Source: Phyllosticta citribraziliensis (taxonomy: Eukaryota). From it: 64,000 bases of DNA. A program made the translations under genes and the position numbers. Where the stretch lies: positions 1,736,001 through 1,800,000 of the forward strand of contig NW_027117346.1 of NCBI RefSeq assembly GCF_038025025.1, given 5' to 3'. The notes under the pieces were generated by a model. The model searched no databases and was not told the DNA's origin. It saw only the letters and a list, made by a program, of their open reading frames with translations. This document shows, in pieces, positions 47,423 through 60,149 of the stretch. The number at the start of each line of letters is the position of its first letter. The stretch's first letter is position 1.

Positions 47423-49132
47423 GTGGACGAGGTTTGAACGCTCCTTGGGTGTACAGCGACGCAGAAATGACAAGCAACGAGAGGCAATTGGTTTGCTGCG
47501 GCCGGAAAGACGCGATCAAAAGACAAACAGCACAGAGAGTGTGTAAAGCCTGGACCCTGGAGGAAAACAGTGAATGCACACGGAAATTCGAGAGGTCGGA
47601 GCAAAAGAAGAAGCGGCGAAGTTTCGACGTGACGAGTAGACGTTGGTGTCTGTGACGTCAGCCATGCGAATCCGGGCGCTACGGGACAGTCCGTCGTCTT
47701 GACTGCGGGTTGACCTTCTCAAACTTTCCACCTAGTCTCCTGCGACCCCCCATCTTCAAATCGCGCGCGCTCATCCCATCTAAGCTCGCAGGTGGCGAGC
47801 TGACGAGTGGGGGTAGACACAGGAACGGTTCGATGTCAGCCATGCCGCGCGAACGAACAACGGCGCCTCAACACCATGCCCCCACAACCACGGATCCGAC
47901 CATGCCATCACCTCGACGCCGTCTGCTGGGTGCCCCTTTGGCCAGAACGGTCCAGACTCGGAGCCACAACTTGGCGAGATGCGGGATCGAGACAGTCTCG
48001 GCTTTTGGCCGACCCTGACGGCGGCGCTGCTGGCGAAATGTCTGGCAAAGAGTGCGAGCCGAGTGCGGGCCAAGACGGCTACATGGCCAAGAGTCCTAGC
48101 GTAGACGATTGAAGTTGCATGCAACTTGACCTGGAGGGTATCGCGCGTCCAGTGGGGTCCATGGTGGCGCCCTTGCTTGCCTTGAGGACCGTGCGTGGAG
48201 CTGCTTTGTTGTGTGCGACGTAGAGGCTGGCTTGCGTGCTTGCCTTGTCTTGGAGCAAAGAATGAAAGGCCGTTGTATGCACCTTGCTGGGTCTACTGGC
48301 TTGATCTGTCCGAATCCTACTCTCATGTTCCATTTTTCATTCGTCAGTTTTATTGCTTCAGCATGATCACTACCGTACCCTAAAAGCCCGAAAAGCCTCT
48401 GATTCGACTTTTGCCGGGACCACGCAGGGCCATTGTAAATTTCACGGCTGTTGACTCGTCGGGCATGTGTGGCAGAGACAGATCAAAAGTTGGTGCAACT
48501 GCAAGCCTCGCCTTGAAACTGTTTGTTCCATTTTCTCCCTACTGATTGACGCCAGTCTGTCCTCCGACAAAGAATCTCCAACGTAAGCTTAGCAGTTTCT
48601 TAGGACTCTCACATAGCTCCCTTGATGAAATCAACCCCTCCTACTGTACCAGACGTTGTCGCCGGATGCGAATACGAGACTAAACCACCCAGCCACTGAA
48701 ATAGCCAGCTTCTGAAGCTAGTCGACGACCAAATCAAAGCCAACCTGGTCGAAATGGGTTATTCTGAGACGTGGAGGGAAAACGGCCGTGGTCTCCGCTT
48801 CCTGTTGCGCTGGTCTGTGACTAGTAGATGGACAGGCTAACAAGTGCATCCATTGAACATGGACTTTGTGATGGGGAAAGTTTCTTTCGGGTTACTCCTG
48901 GCATCGGCTTCTACTATTGTTGGTATGTTCCTTCTTCGGTCGTGTACTAATCTTAGTGACGCGTAGCATTCCTGTCCAAGACCAAAGGTATGCGTTGTTT
49001 CTTTGAGGCCCAAGAATCCTTCTACGGTAGACATACTTGGGTGGATCACAACTCCATGTCAAGTCCAGGTCAACAATCCAGGATTGGCTTTCTCCATACG
49101 GCTCTTTCATGCTGCGACTTTTCCCCGGGCCG

Positions 49133-50053
49133 TCACTGCTTGGAGTTCCATGCAATGCAGTCGGAAAACTTGACACTGCTGCCACCAAATATGTCCAGCG
49201 CGCTCCCAATGGTCAGGTCAACCTTGCCGTTGCTGAGGGCTTTGACCGTGTCGAAATCCTCTAGGCTTCTACCACCGCCGGCATACGTGACCGGAATAGA
49301 GCACCACTCGGCAAGCTTGCGAACGAGTTCGTGGTCGATCCCTTGCTGCAGACCCTCGTTATCCGCGGCATGAATGAGGAATTCCGAGCAGTAGGGCTCG
49401 AGTAGTGTTATGGATTCTGGTCTCGACGTTAGAGAGATTGGCTCTGGGCAAATCGCAGAGGAGTTACCTTGATTGAGCTCCATGTCTGTGATTGTCTGCC
49501 ATTTGTTCATAGCTACAAACCAAGTGTCTCCCTTGCGCCGACAGCTCAAGTCTATGACGAGCTTGTTCTTGTCGCCGCCCAATGCTGCCAGAACAGCTTC
49601 GAGGCGTTCACGGGAAAACTTTCCAGATGGAAAGAGGTACGACGTGATTATCACCTACTGTCCTCCCATCAGCTTCCAGCAAACAAGCAGAACCATGGGT
49701 CAAAATGATGGGATTGCTGCCATTTGACACAGGAAATATGTACAATTACCCACCTTCTCTGCGCCCTTTTCTATCCACTTTGCAGCATTTTGATCCGTGA
49801 TGCCGCCGCCAACCTGCAGCCCAGATGGCCACGCCTGGACGGCTTCTGTAGCCGCCTCTTCATTCCCAGGACCAAGCATAATGACATGCGCGCCTGTCAA
49901 CCCATTGTCCTTGTATAGCTTCGCGTAGTGGCCTGCGGGCAGCTCCGAGACGTAGTTCGTCTTGAGGTCGGAATCGGTCGTCGTAAGGGTTCCGCCGACG
50001 ATTTGCTTCACAGAGCCAGAGTGAAGGTCGATACACGGTCGAAATTTCGTCAT
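49133..50053 (-). CDS. HIS6: ProFAR isomerase (histidine biosynthesis step 4)
   Basis: [69 protein letters not shown]; two introns. Confidence 0.95.
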
Positions 50054-50228
50054 GACGGATAGTTCCAGGTATTCAATGTCGTGCAGAGTCACAGAGTTCT
50101 GCCTCGTTGCGGAGCTGCGTCGGAGGTGACAAAATACTGCCGATGCTCACCGCCAGTGACCCGCTTCGCCGTCCAACCCGACAAGAAATATTTCCAACGT
50201 TCCCTTTTGTTGCAATCTCACATTCACC

Positions 50229-51166
50229 ATGGGGCTCGCAATCGGAAAGCGGAAGCGCACAGAGGCCAAGAAGCCAGTTCCGAGAAAGCGCGTCCAGTCA
50301 GCCTCGCCGGAGCCGTCAGATTCGGAAGATGTCCGCGATGCTTTTCGCCGCGCATTCGAAGCACAATTCAAACCGCTCGCAGGCGTGAGTAAACCCGAAG
50401 CCAAAGACGCAGATCCGACGAGCGACAGCGACAGCGAGGACCAGAGTGAATCGGGCGAGGGCGAGACAGAGGGCGAGGACGAGGAATGGGGAGGGATTTC
50501 TGAAGACGAGAAAGACAATCACGTCGAGGTCGTCGAAGTGTCTGGGCCGCAATTCAACGAGCGCGCAAGCAAGGATCAACTCAAAGCATTCATGGTGCGT
50601 TTTTAAATCTCTCTGCGCGCAGTCTATGCTAACACGCAACCCAGTCGTCAAAACCGCCTCCCTCAGCTACGGCTCCCAAACCAACCCCAAGCAAAGCCGC
50701 CAAAGCCGACGCGCCTTCAGACGACGAGACCGAATCCGCAAATCTCAAAAACGACCTCGCACTCCAGCGACTCCTGAGCGAATCACACCTGCTCGACGCA
50801 TCGTCGGGCTCGATGCTCGACGGGCCAGTGGGCAAGAACCGCCTCAAGGCGCTCGACCTGCGGTTCCAGTCGCTGGGCTCCAAAAACTCAGTGCTGGCGC
50901 AAGAAAAGATGCCCATGTCGCATCGCAAGGGCATAACATCCAAGGCCAAGGGTCGCGAGCAGAAGCGCCGCCACGAGGCCCGCGAGAACGGCATCATCTT
51001 GGAAAAGGAGAAGAAGGAAGTCAAGACGGACAAGCAACGTGAGAGGGGTGTGGGTGCTCCCGCTGTGGGCAGGTTCAGTGGTGGCACGCTGAATTTGAGT
51101 CGTAAGGATGTCGCGGATATTGTAGGCGGAGGAGGTAAAGGCGGGAAGAAGGGGAAGCGGAGGTAG
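50229..51166 (+). CDS. nucleolar pre-rRNA processing protein, FAF1-like
   Basis: FRRAFEAQFKPL, acidic tract, LKNDLALQRLLSESHLL, EKMPMSHRKGI, EARENGIIL, RGVGAPAVGRFSGGTLNLS; intron about 50595-50643. Confidence 0.75.
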
Positions 51167-51794
51167 TGGTTGATGTTTATGGGTGTGGTTTGAATCTTGA
51201 GCGCTCCGGCCTGATACCCCGTCGTCATTCTGGCAGAAAGGAAAAGGAGAGAGGTCGTTACGTCTATTTGCTAGGACAGTGAACGATGTCTACACTCGGA
51301 GGAATAATCTCTAGGTGTCGTTGAGACTGATCTCGACAGTCGTAGCCCTCAACGGCAGTGTTTTGAAAGAAAGGAAAAGTTGGCCCAGCTTCATCTCCAT
51401 ATGCACATTGTCGAGGAATAACGGAATCAAATTCGAGGAGCACCACAGGAGTAGGTAATCTCAACCCGTCATACTACTTTGGACTGCAGAAGTCTATCGG
51501 GTATTTGTGACATACTACTCAGTCCCCCATTTCACTCTTTTGGTACCTGACGACACCCGTGGGCCATCTATCTTTTAGTCAAAGACGCAGTCCCCGCCTC
51601 CCGCACTTCTTCCCCCCTCAGGTCATTGATAGCACCGTCCGCTTGACGCCGAACCACCAAGACAAACCTAAATCTACATCATTCCATGCAGCTGAAAGAA
51701 GCAATCGCCGTTGTTCGCCGTTCCGGTAAAAATACAAAAAAAAAAAAAAGAGCAAAGGCGAGTAACAATCCATGCTCTAAGTGGAGGATCAAAT

Positions 51795-53912
51795 TCAAGG
51801 CGCGTCCGTCATAGCAGCATCCTGGGCTTGGTGTTGCATCTGTGGGGCGTGCTGAGGGACGGACGTGTTCCCCACGGGATGAGGAGGAGCGCCGTTTTCC
51901 TTTGGTTCCATCATGGGCGTCGTCATTTGCTCGACGGTGCCATTAAGCTCAGTCTCGGGTTTGGTTTTGATAGACGCCGGGGGAGAAGGCAGTTTGGTCA
52001 CGGGCTGCGCGGCCTGCTCGAAGCCATCCGGAGAGGTCTTCTTTTCTTTTTCCTGGACATCATCGGCCCGGGCAGGACTGCTGGGGCCGGGTGGAGGACT
52101 GCTAGCTGCAGCGAGGCGAAGCTTGTCAATGCGGAGCGTCACGACGAGGCTCCCCTTGTTCTTGTCGTTGACTTCGTCATCAAAGTCGTCCTCGCTCAAG
52201 CCGTCCGAGTCCTCGGCGTCGTCATTCAGTTGCGGGTATTCATCTTCTTCGTCGCCTCCTTCCCAGTCATCTACTTCGTCTTCGTCGTCGTCCATCTCGT
52301 CAATGCTGTTGTATCCATCAATGTGCTTGCGGTTGCTGCGTTGAGGCACATTTCCATTTCGGGCAGCAGCACGACCCGACCTCGTTGATCGACCAAAGGC
52401 ATTTGGCTCGTCCGTACCAGACCTATCAAAGTCTGCGCTTCCAGGGGTGTCGCGTTCGCCAGCTCCACTCAGGAGTGACTCCCCATACAGGCCACCAAGA
52501 CGTGACCTGACTTGGCGACCGCTGGCTGTGACAGTGGGTCTCGAATCAGTGGGCGTGCCGCGGCGAGTCGAGCGACGGGTTGATAGTGCATCGGAGGCGT
52601 CCTCTTCCTCCTCGGAGAAAGTGTACCTCATGCGCTTGCCTCGGGTGCGCCCTTCGTAGAGAGAAAATCCGGGCTCGGGACGAGCAAATTGAGCCTTGCG
52701 AGCCATTCTATACTCCCGCCGCTTGCGCTTCTGTGGATAAAGTCAGTATGATTTCGGCAATGCTGGGACGCGACGCCTACCTCCTCTGTCGCCTCGAAGC
52801 GAGGGATGGCAGCGAGGATCCTTTCACTCAGCCGGCGTGAGGCTTGAGAGGGCTCTTCCGAAAGCTTCTTTGCAACGACCCTGAGCTCTTCAATTGTGCC
52901 AGCAAGGTTCCACCACGTTGTATTGACCTTCCCGGGCTTGCTTTCACGGTACAAACGGAAAGAGGTGTCGTCTTTGCCTTCGATCAACCAGTATCGGCGC
53001 TTGTCGCCATCGACTCCCCATGGCTGGACTGACAATGGCTGGTTCAAATCATCATCGTGGCGCGACTGTTTGTAGGATTCCTTGATCATGGTACTGACGG
53101 CTTCGGACCCATGAAGACTCCACAGTATGATGGCCCGCATGACAGATAGCTTTCAGCGCGTTAGCGAATGCAACAAACTAGTATCCAATGTACGTACTCG
53201 CATCGGCGTCGTCATGGCATTGAACGAGCGACCGCCAGACAGAGGGTTGACGCCCCGCCAGGCCCGCGGCCACTGGCTCTTGTATGTAGACATGGCATCC
53301 TCCATCGCGCGGCCGTAATGTCCCTTTCTATGTAAACATTAGCCGCATCTTTTTATGGTCCCACCCAGCGGCGGTCGAGGTAGCCGATACTGCGGTGCGA
53401 CAATGTATGGGTGAGGGACGTACTCGACGGGCTTTTTGCGGTTCAAAACAAGACCGAGCAGGGCGCAAAGCAGGCTCTCGACCTGCGGTGAAGGAACCGG
53501 GTCGCTGATGCCCCTCTCAATGTCCTGGGGTCCTAGCTGGGGACACTTGGGAGGGAAGACATCATTGAAGCGCGAACGGAACATTACAATAAACTATGAT
53601 GCGGTATGTTGGGTTAGCTGATGCCCTTTGCGACGAAGACGCGTTTCTCGCGTCAATACGTGCCAAATCGCGCCTCGCACTTACAGCAATATCTGGATTG
53701 TCGGCCATAGTCTCTTCATGGGGTGGCGACGGCGCGCGTTTCCTCTGTGTGGGTGGACTCGTTGGTGGTTGCGCGTCGGCTACGGCGCCCTTCTTTCTCT
53801 TCTTTCCGTTGGGCTTTTTGAGGAATTTGTCGAGCGGTCCGACAGCAGGCTGAGGCTCCTCATCGCTTGGAGGAGGCGACGAGAGCACCGACGAGAGCTC
53901 TGAGTCGCTCAT
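51795..53912 (-). CDS. conserved fungal WHIM1-domain chromatin-associated protein, multi-exon
   Basis: PSPPHE...DNPDIA|..VMFRSRF, LLCALLGLVLNRKK, LSVQPWGVDGDKRRYWLIEG.DDTSFRLYRES, YEGRTRGKRMRYT, acidic C-terminus. Confidence 0.75.
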
Positions 53913-55663
53913 GGTGGCGGTGTTGTGAGAGGTGGTGGAGGGTGAGGTTGGTGGTTGTTGGAGGTAAGGATGAGGTCGGCTTTGAGCACCAGTCGAGAAC
54001 GCACTGGGCTAACTGGAGCACCACACGCCAGCGATAAGATTACATGATTGGCTTCTAGGGCCCAAGGCTCAGCGTTTAGAAAGCATGCATACGGATAGCC
54101 GTGTTTTTCAGAGCTCATTCGGTTGATTTACACAAGGCTAGGTAGTCTACTGTTGGATTTGAGCCTGTCGCTCCGCATACATCGCCCATCGCTTTTATCG
54201 TCTCGGGACCATCTTGATGCTTCGTGTGTCTTCATGGCCGACGTTCTTGTGCACAATCCACATTCGTCGCACGCATCACAGACTCTTCCCAGGCATCTCG
54301 CTCTCTTTCCCGTGGAAAAGTTCCATGTGCTCTGCACGTCCCAACCCGGTGATGCCATGATGCTCTGTTGCTGATTTTCGTGGACAGAGGGAAGGGCCTG
54401 GCGCCCGAGTAGCCGAGCGCCCAAGATCCAACAGTGGTGCTAGCGGCTGTCACTCGGCAGAAGTCTGTAGCCAGCATCCGCAATCCTAAATGTGTAATGC
54501 GTACTGTGTTGCAGCGACGGTCAAGCCGGCAGCTGCAAGATTTGTCGCTTGGTGGGACTTGCTGAGAAGGCATCTTGTTGGAGTGCGCGTTTGCATGCCG
54601 TGTCTACGCTGCCAGACCTTAGCGCACCGTGGCGCCTTCGCAGCACGTGGGTGAGTGCCTCGGATCTCGAGGTTGCCGAATTCGATATCTGGAGTTGGAT
54701 GGAACGCTTGTGTACATCTGCCCTTGAGTTTACGTCCAGGATCTAGTGGACAGGGCGACCGGCGGTGTTACGGGTTCTGCTTTTTCTACAGCTGGCGTTT
54801 TGAACTGGCGCAGGTCTTGCTTACAATGTCGTGACTGGTAAGGTGGGCGGAAATATTTGTCGATCCTGGACGGTCTGGCAGTGTTGGACCTCCTCGGCAA
54901 AATTGCGACCGAGTTTCGTTCCACAACGCTGCCCCAGGCGTTCAGGTCCTGCAACAAACACACATAGATAGGCCCCAAAATGATAGTTGGAAGATCCCGG
55001 AAGAAAAGCAGCGAAAATGGAAAGCCCTCGGAAGGAAGTGCTTTCTTTTCAGGGCGTGGTAGAGCTGTAAAGGACTAAGGACGCGAAAAAGAAAAGGAAA
55101 CGTTGTTTGAGAAGTAGAAAAGGCCACAGAGCTGAAGTTTGAGTGCTTGTCAAAGATCTGGGCATCTTGTAGCGCTCTGCCATGGTGTCTTGAGGTTGTT
55201 GTTGTGGGCGATCCCAAGTCGCGATTTGATGCCCGTCCTGAAGGATTCCTGCCACTTCGGAAAACAGAGTTGCGACATGCCATACAAATTCAACCCAGCT
55301 CTTTCTCACCAGCGCTGCTGAGGCTCTACGCTTCGATTTTGCATTGCTAATGGCAGACCACTTACCGGTGGTGGCAGACCGATTCAGGACGAGAAAAGAG
55401 CGCCTGAGACAAGAAGGACGACCTCGTCCAAATTACCAATGGTCGATGATTGAGTAGCGCAGTACTGGCGGGGTGGGCGCTGGTGGTAGAGAAAACGGTC
55501 GAGAAGCCAGCGCAGTCGAGGTTGGGCGGTGGATGAGGTAAGGCGCGCCCGCACGGGCCACTGGGCTTCGCTTCCGACCTAGCATCCCACACCCCGTCGA
55601 CGAAATCTTGTCTGCGCAGGACGACTCACTGGAACTCGACGCACGACAACACCACCAGCAAAG

Positions 55664-56778
55664 ATGGTCAGTCACGCCCTTCGCCCCGAACGCTACGCAC
55701 ATTGGACTCTTCTTGCTTGATGGAACTGGCTATCCGGGCTTGACTTTGGGCAACGGAACGGTAGCAGTCGCCAGCAGCATGCGGAGGTCCTCTGAGCCGC
55801 AATTCGATCTCGACACGGGCGCAGAACACAGGCTAACAGTCAACAGGGTCGCGTTATCAGGAACCAGAGGAAGGGGTATGCACTTCGATCGGGCGAGGCA
55901 TCGAAAAGACGAAATCGCTAACGTATGCAAAGCCGCGGCTCCATCTTCACGGCCCACACCCGTCTCAACAAGGCCCCGGCCAAGTTCCGCAACTACGACT
56001 ACGCTGAGCGCCATGGCTACATGCGTGGTGTAGTCAAGGAGATCATCCACGACCCCGGCCGTGGTGCTCCTCTCGCCAAGGTCGTCTTCCGCGACCCCTA
56101 CAAGTACAGGCTCAACACCGAGACCTTCATCGCCAACGAGGGCATGTACACTGGCCAGTTCATCTACGCCGGCAAGAACGCCAGCTTGACCATTGGCAAC
56201 GTCCTCCCTCTCGGCTCCGTCCCCGAGGGTACCGTTGTCAGCAACGTCGAGGAGAAGATGGGCGACCGCGGTGCGCTCGGCAGGACCTCTGGCAACTACG
56301 TCACCGTCATTGGCCACAACCCCGACGAGGGCAAGACCCGCATCAAGCTGCCTTCCGGTGCCAAGAAGGTCGTCAAGAGCTCCGTCCGTGGTATGGTCGG
56401 CATCGTCGCTGGTGGTGGCAGGACCGACAAGCCCATGCTCAGTACGTAACGGTCAAATCTTTTTGGGGGGAATCCGACAGGGCTAACAACTACAACAGAG
56501 GCTTCGCGCGCCAAGCACAAGTTCGCCGTCAAGCGCAACTCGTGGCCCAAGACCCGTGGTGTTGCCATGAACCCCGTTGATCACGTAAGTCGGACCGGTC
56601 TTGTAGCGTGGAATGAGGAAGCTGACGATCAATTGTACAGCCTCACGGTGGTGGTAACCACCAGCATATTGGTAAGGCGTCGACCATCTCCCGCTACGCC
56701 GCCCAGGGACAGAAGGCTGGTCTCATCGCCGCCAGGAGAACCGGTCTCCTCCGCGGTACCCAGAAGACGAAGGATTAG
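55664..56778 (+). CDS. RPL2: 60S ribosomal protein uL2 (L2/L8)
   Basis: [69 protein letters not shown]; four introns. Confidence 0.97.
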
Positions 56779-57694
56779 ATTTGCGGGTAGCACATGGGTT
56801 CGGGTGTTCTTTTGCTGCGGGTTCGGATTTCCTGGGGGCTTCTTTTACCCTTATGTACCGGGAAATAAAAATCATGGTTCACACGAGCTTGGCCCAGCGA
56901 GAGGCCGCGCAATGGGTGCGGGAGGAATCCGCGCGCCACAGGCGGCGTGGTGGTGGTGTGTACGCGTGCAGTTCCAGAAGCAGGCAGGCCGAATGAAAGA
57001 GTAGCGTGGAGAAGAAACCAAAAATAACGATGCCCAAAATGGCTGGTTTGTGCAGTAGATGAGACAAAAGGGGATTCATGCCAATCCTGTGCAGAGGCGT
57101 TTCAGACGGGCGACTGGCAGGCGACGCGCCGTGGCCCCCCTGCTGAGGGTCGTGAGAGGGGACGAATCGAGGGACGTGAAGGGGCAGGGCGCATCTCCAT
57201 AACTTACGACACTGGCTGCCAAGCCACGCTTGCTCGTGCCAGATGACACCGTGAGCGAACGCGCGGTTGACCAGGCCCTTGCTCCTGATCGGCTCGGCGG
57301 CGTGGGCGTAGGAGGTTCGCTGTGGGTGCTGTGGCATTTATCCTGGCCGCCAACCGCAGTCTTCCGGAGAGGTTAAACCAAAACCTACCCTACCGTACCT
57401 TAACTTTTGCTCCTCTGCCTCTCGCCACTTCCTTCTCCCCCACCGCCTCACGTTCGTTCATCTCGTCTTGTCTTCTCTCCTTAATCGTTCCGTTCCTCTT
57501 TTCATCGCGCCGCCTGAAACTCGCGCATCGACACACCCCTCCACATTGCGCATAGATAGTCCGCCCGCCGAAGCTCCAGCAGGCCACCGGTGGAAGCGAG
57601 CGAGCCCAAGGAAACCGCCCAACACCCACGTGTACCGTCTTCTCTTCCTCTCCTTCAACCTTCGTCTCATTGTTTTTATCCGTCCACCACCGCC

Positions 57695-59148
57695 ATGATG
57701 ATGAACAAAAAGCTCGACCGCTTCAAGCAATGGGCCGGCGAGCGCATGGGCGCCGAGGCCAAGACAAACACCTCGGAAGACTTCAAGGCCCTGGAACAGG
57801 AGATGACTGTCAGGTCCGACGGTAATGCTCTCCCAGCACCGTGGCACCGCATGGTCGCTGATGTGTGACTTGACAGGCATGGACAAGATGCACAGGTCGA
57901 TGACCAGCTTCGTCAAATGGTTGTCCAAGCGCAATGACGGCGAGGACAAGGAAAAGTACACTCCCGCGGCGTTCCTTGGTTACACCATGATTAGCCACGG
58001 CGAAGACTTCGACCCTGATTCTGAGTACGGAGGATGTTTGGCTGGTAGGTTTTGATGCATCGATTGTGCGAATGCCGCTCAACGTCACATAGCATTCGGT
58101 CGCGCCCATGAGCGCATTGCCCGCACCCAAGAGACCTTCCTCGCCGATGCGACGGCCAGCTGGCTCGAGTGTCTAGAGCGCAACCTCGCTCAGATGAAAG
58201 AGTACAATGCGGCGCGCAGGAAACTGGAACAACGCCGGCTGGCTTATGACGCTGCATTGGCCAAGATGCAAAAGGCAAAGAAGGAGGACTTTCGCGTCGA
58301 AGAAGAGCTCCGAACCCAAAAGGTCAAGTACGAGGAAGCTAGCGAGGACGTCTATCGTCGCATGGAGGACGTAAAGGAGTCCGAAAGAGAGAATGTGGAC
58401 GATTTGACTGCATTTCTCGAGGCAGAGCTGGCCTACCATGACAAATGTCGCGAGGTCCTCATGCAGGTCAAGCGTGACTGGCCCGCAAGGTGAGATATAT
58501 CAAATCAAGAAACAAAACATCCAATGACACAAACTAACAAATTGCAGGATCGCTGGGTCATCAGGACAGAGCCGCCGCGGTCCCAGGTCTCGGTCAAACA
58601 CTGCCCACTCTTACTCTGACCGTTTCAACACTGTCGAAGAAGAGCCACCAATGCCCGAGCCAAGGCTGACAATTCCCAAACTGGGAGGCAGAGGTGCCTC
58701 TCCAGGACGTGACATTTCTGGCGCCGAGTCGCCTCGACGTCCGTCCGTCAACCGCACTAGCACAATCGGCACTTTCGAGGGACCTCGTTCGGCACGCGTA
58801 GATGACTCTCCAAACGGCATGCCACGGCTGTCTCGAGTGCCGACCGATTCGTCCACCATTGCGGCAAGCCGTAACCAGCTGCGGCCCGTCAGGAGCCGCA
58901 ACGACGAGTATGAAGAAGAGTACAACCGCAACTCGAGCAGGATATCTGTCAGAGATCGATCCGTATCCCCAGCTCCGTCTCAAGGAAGCCTACCGTCTCG
59001 ATCCGCAAGCTGGGCTTTGAGCGACGCTGGCACTCCGGGCAAGAAGGGTCCGCCGCCGCCACCACCCTCACGATCAAAGAAGCCACCTCCACCCCCGCCT
59101 CCGATGAAGAGGAGCACTCTGGGGTCCTCCGAGGTAACGCAATACTGA
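57695..59148 (+). CDS. endophilin-like N-BAR domain protein with Pro-rich tail
   Basis: KKLDRFKQWAGERMG.EAKT..SEDFKALE.EM, MISHGEDF..DSEYGGCL, KEYNAARRKLEQRRLAYD, FLEAELAYH; tail PPPPPPSRSKKPPPPPPP. Confidence 0.85.
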
Positions 59149-60149
59149 ATGGTCGCTTGCGTGTATCTGCTGGAATACGCGAAACCACGACAAGGTGAAA
59201 TCAGATTGGAAGGCCAAGGAAGATTGTTTGGACAGGAACTGTAATGGAAGGGTTGGATCAAGGCCGCAGGACGGTCCCCGTCTGAGAGCATTTTCCGTTG
59301 ACTTGATGTGCCCTGATCAAGGTCACATGATCTGGCAGCAGAGGGAGGGAGCGTAGGGTCAGAATGTCCAAGTTGTACGATACGTCAAATACAGGTTGTC
59401 GAATGGATTAATCTGGCATGCACTTGGGGAAATGAAATGAATGGTTAGCAACTGCCAGGTGGCTGGGTAGTGGAACTCTGATTCCGGTGGGGTCCGCTCC
59501 GGGCTTCGGCTTGGGTCGCTACCATCGGCCAACCCTAGGCAAGAGATGAGAGTTGGCTAGATGCTGGGCGGTGGGAGCCGCATGCACGACGAGGACAATG
59601 GTATGAGATGGAAATTCAGAACGCCGTAGTGTGTCGCTGTAGGCCAGCATCCGGGGTGTGAGGTGGGTGTGGCGGGTGTCCGGAGGCAAGTCACGTGCGA
59701 GCTCAGCCTCTGTTCCCGTCCGTTCTTTCCACAGCAGCGCCCGAACCTCACGTCCATCACTTGTCGCATCGCGGGTCTACTCGTCAACCCCATCAAGCAC
59801 CCGAAGTTTATCTCCGCGCATCAACACGACCTCCACGACGCGTGCAGCTTTGCACCGCACGCCCGCGCTCCCCTCCACTCTCCCTCCACTCTGTCCGCCT
59901 CTTCGCCTCCCTTCCTTTGCAACGCGGCAAAACAGCGCTGACGCCTACCTACCTTGGTCTGCGTCCCCGGCACTCGTCTGCTGCCCGCCAAGTCGTCAAC
60001 AACCCATATCCACGGCGCATGAGGATGAAATAGGCCCTGCCCCATTGCCGACCTCGCACCTCGCAATCACCTCGTCCTTGGCGCCATTGTTGCGCTGACT
60101 GTCTGTCGGCGCGTCTTCCGCTGGTCATAGAAACGCGCCCATCTCCAAC

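Noticed and set aside
57695..59148. Second BAR-domain gene in the same window as RVS161
   Set aside because: 45 kb apart and from a different BAR subfamily; no evidence of a cluster or recent duplication.
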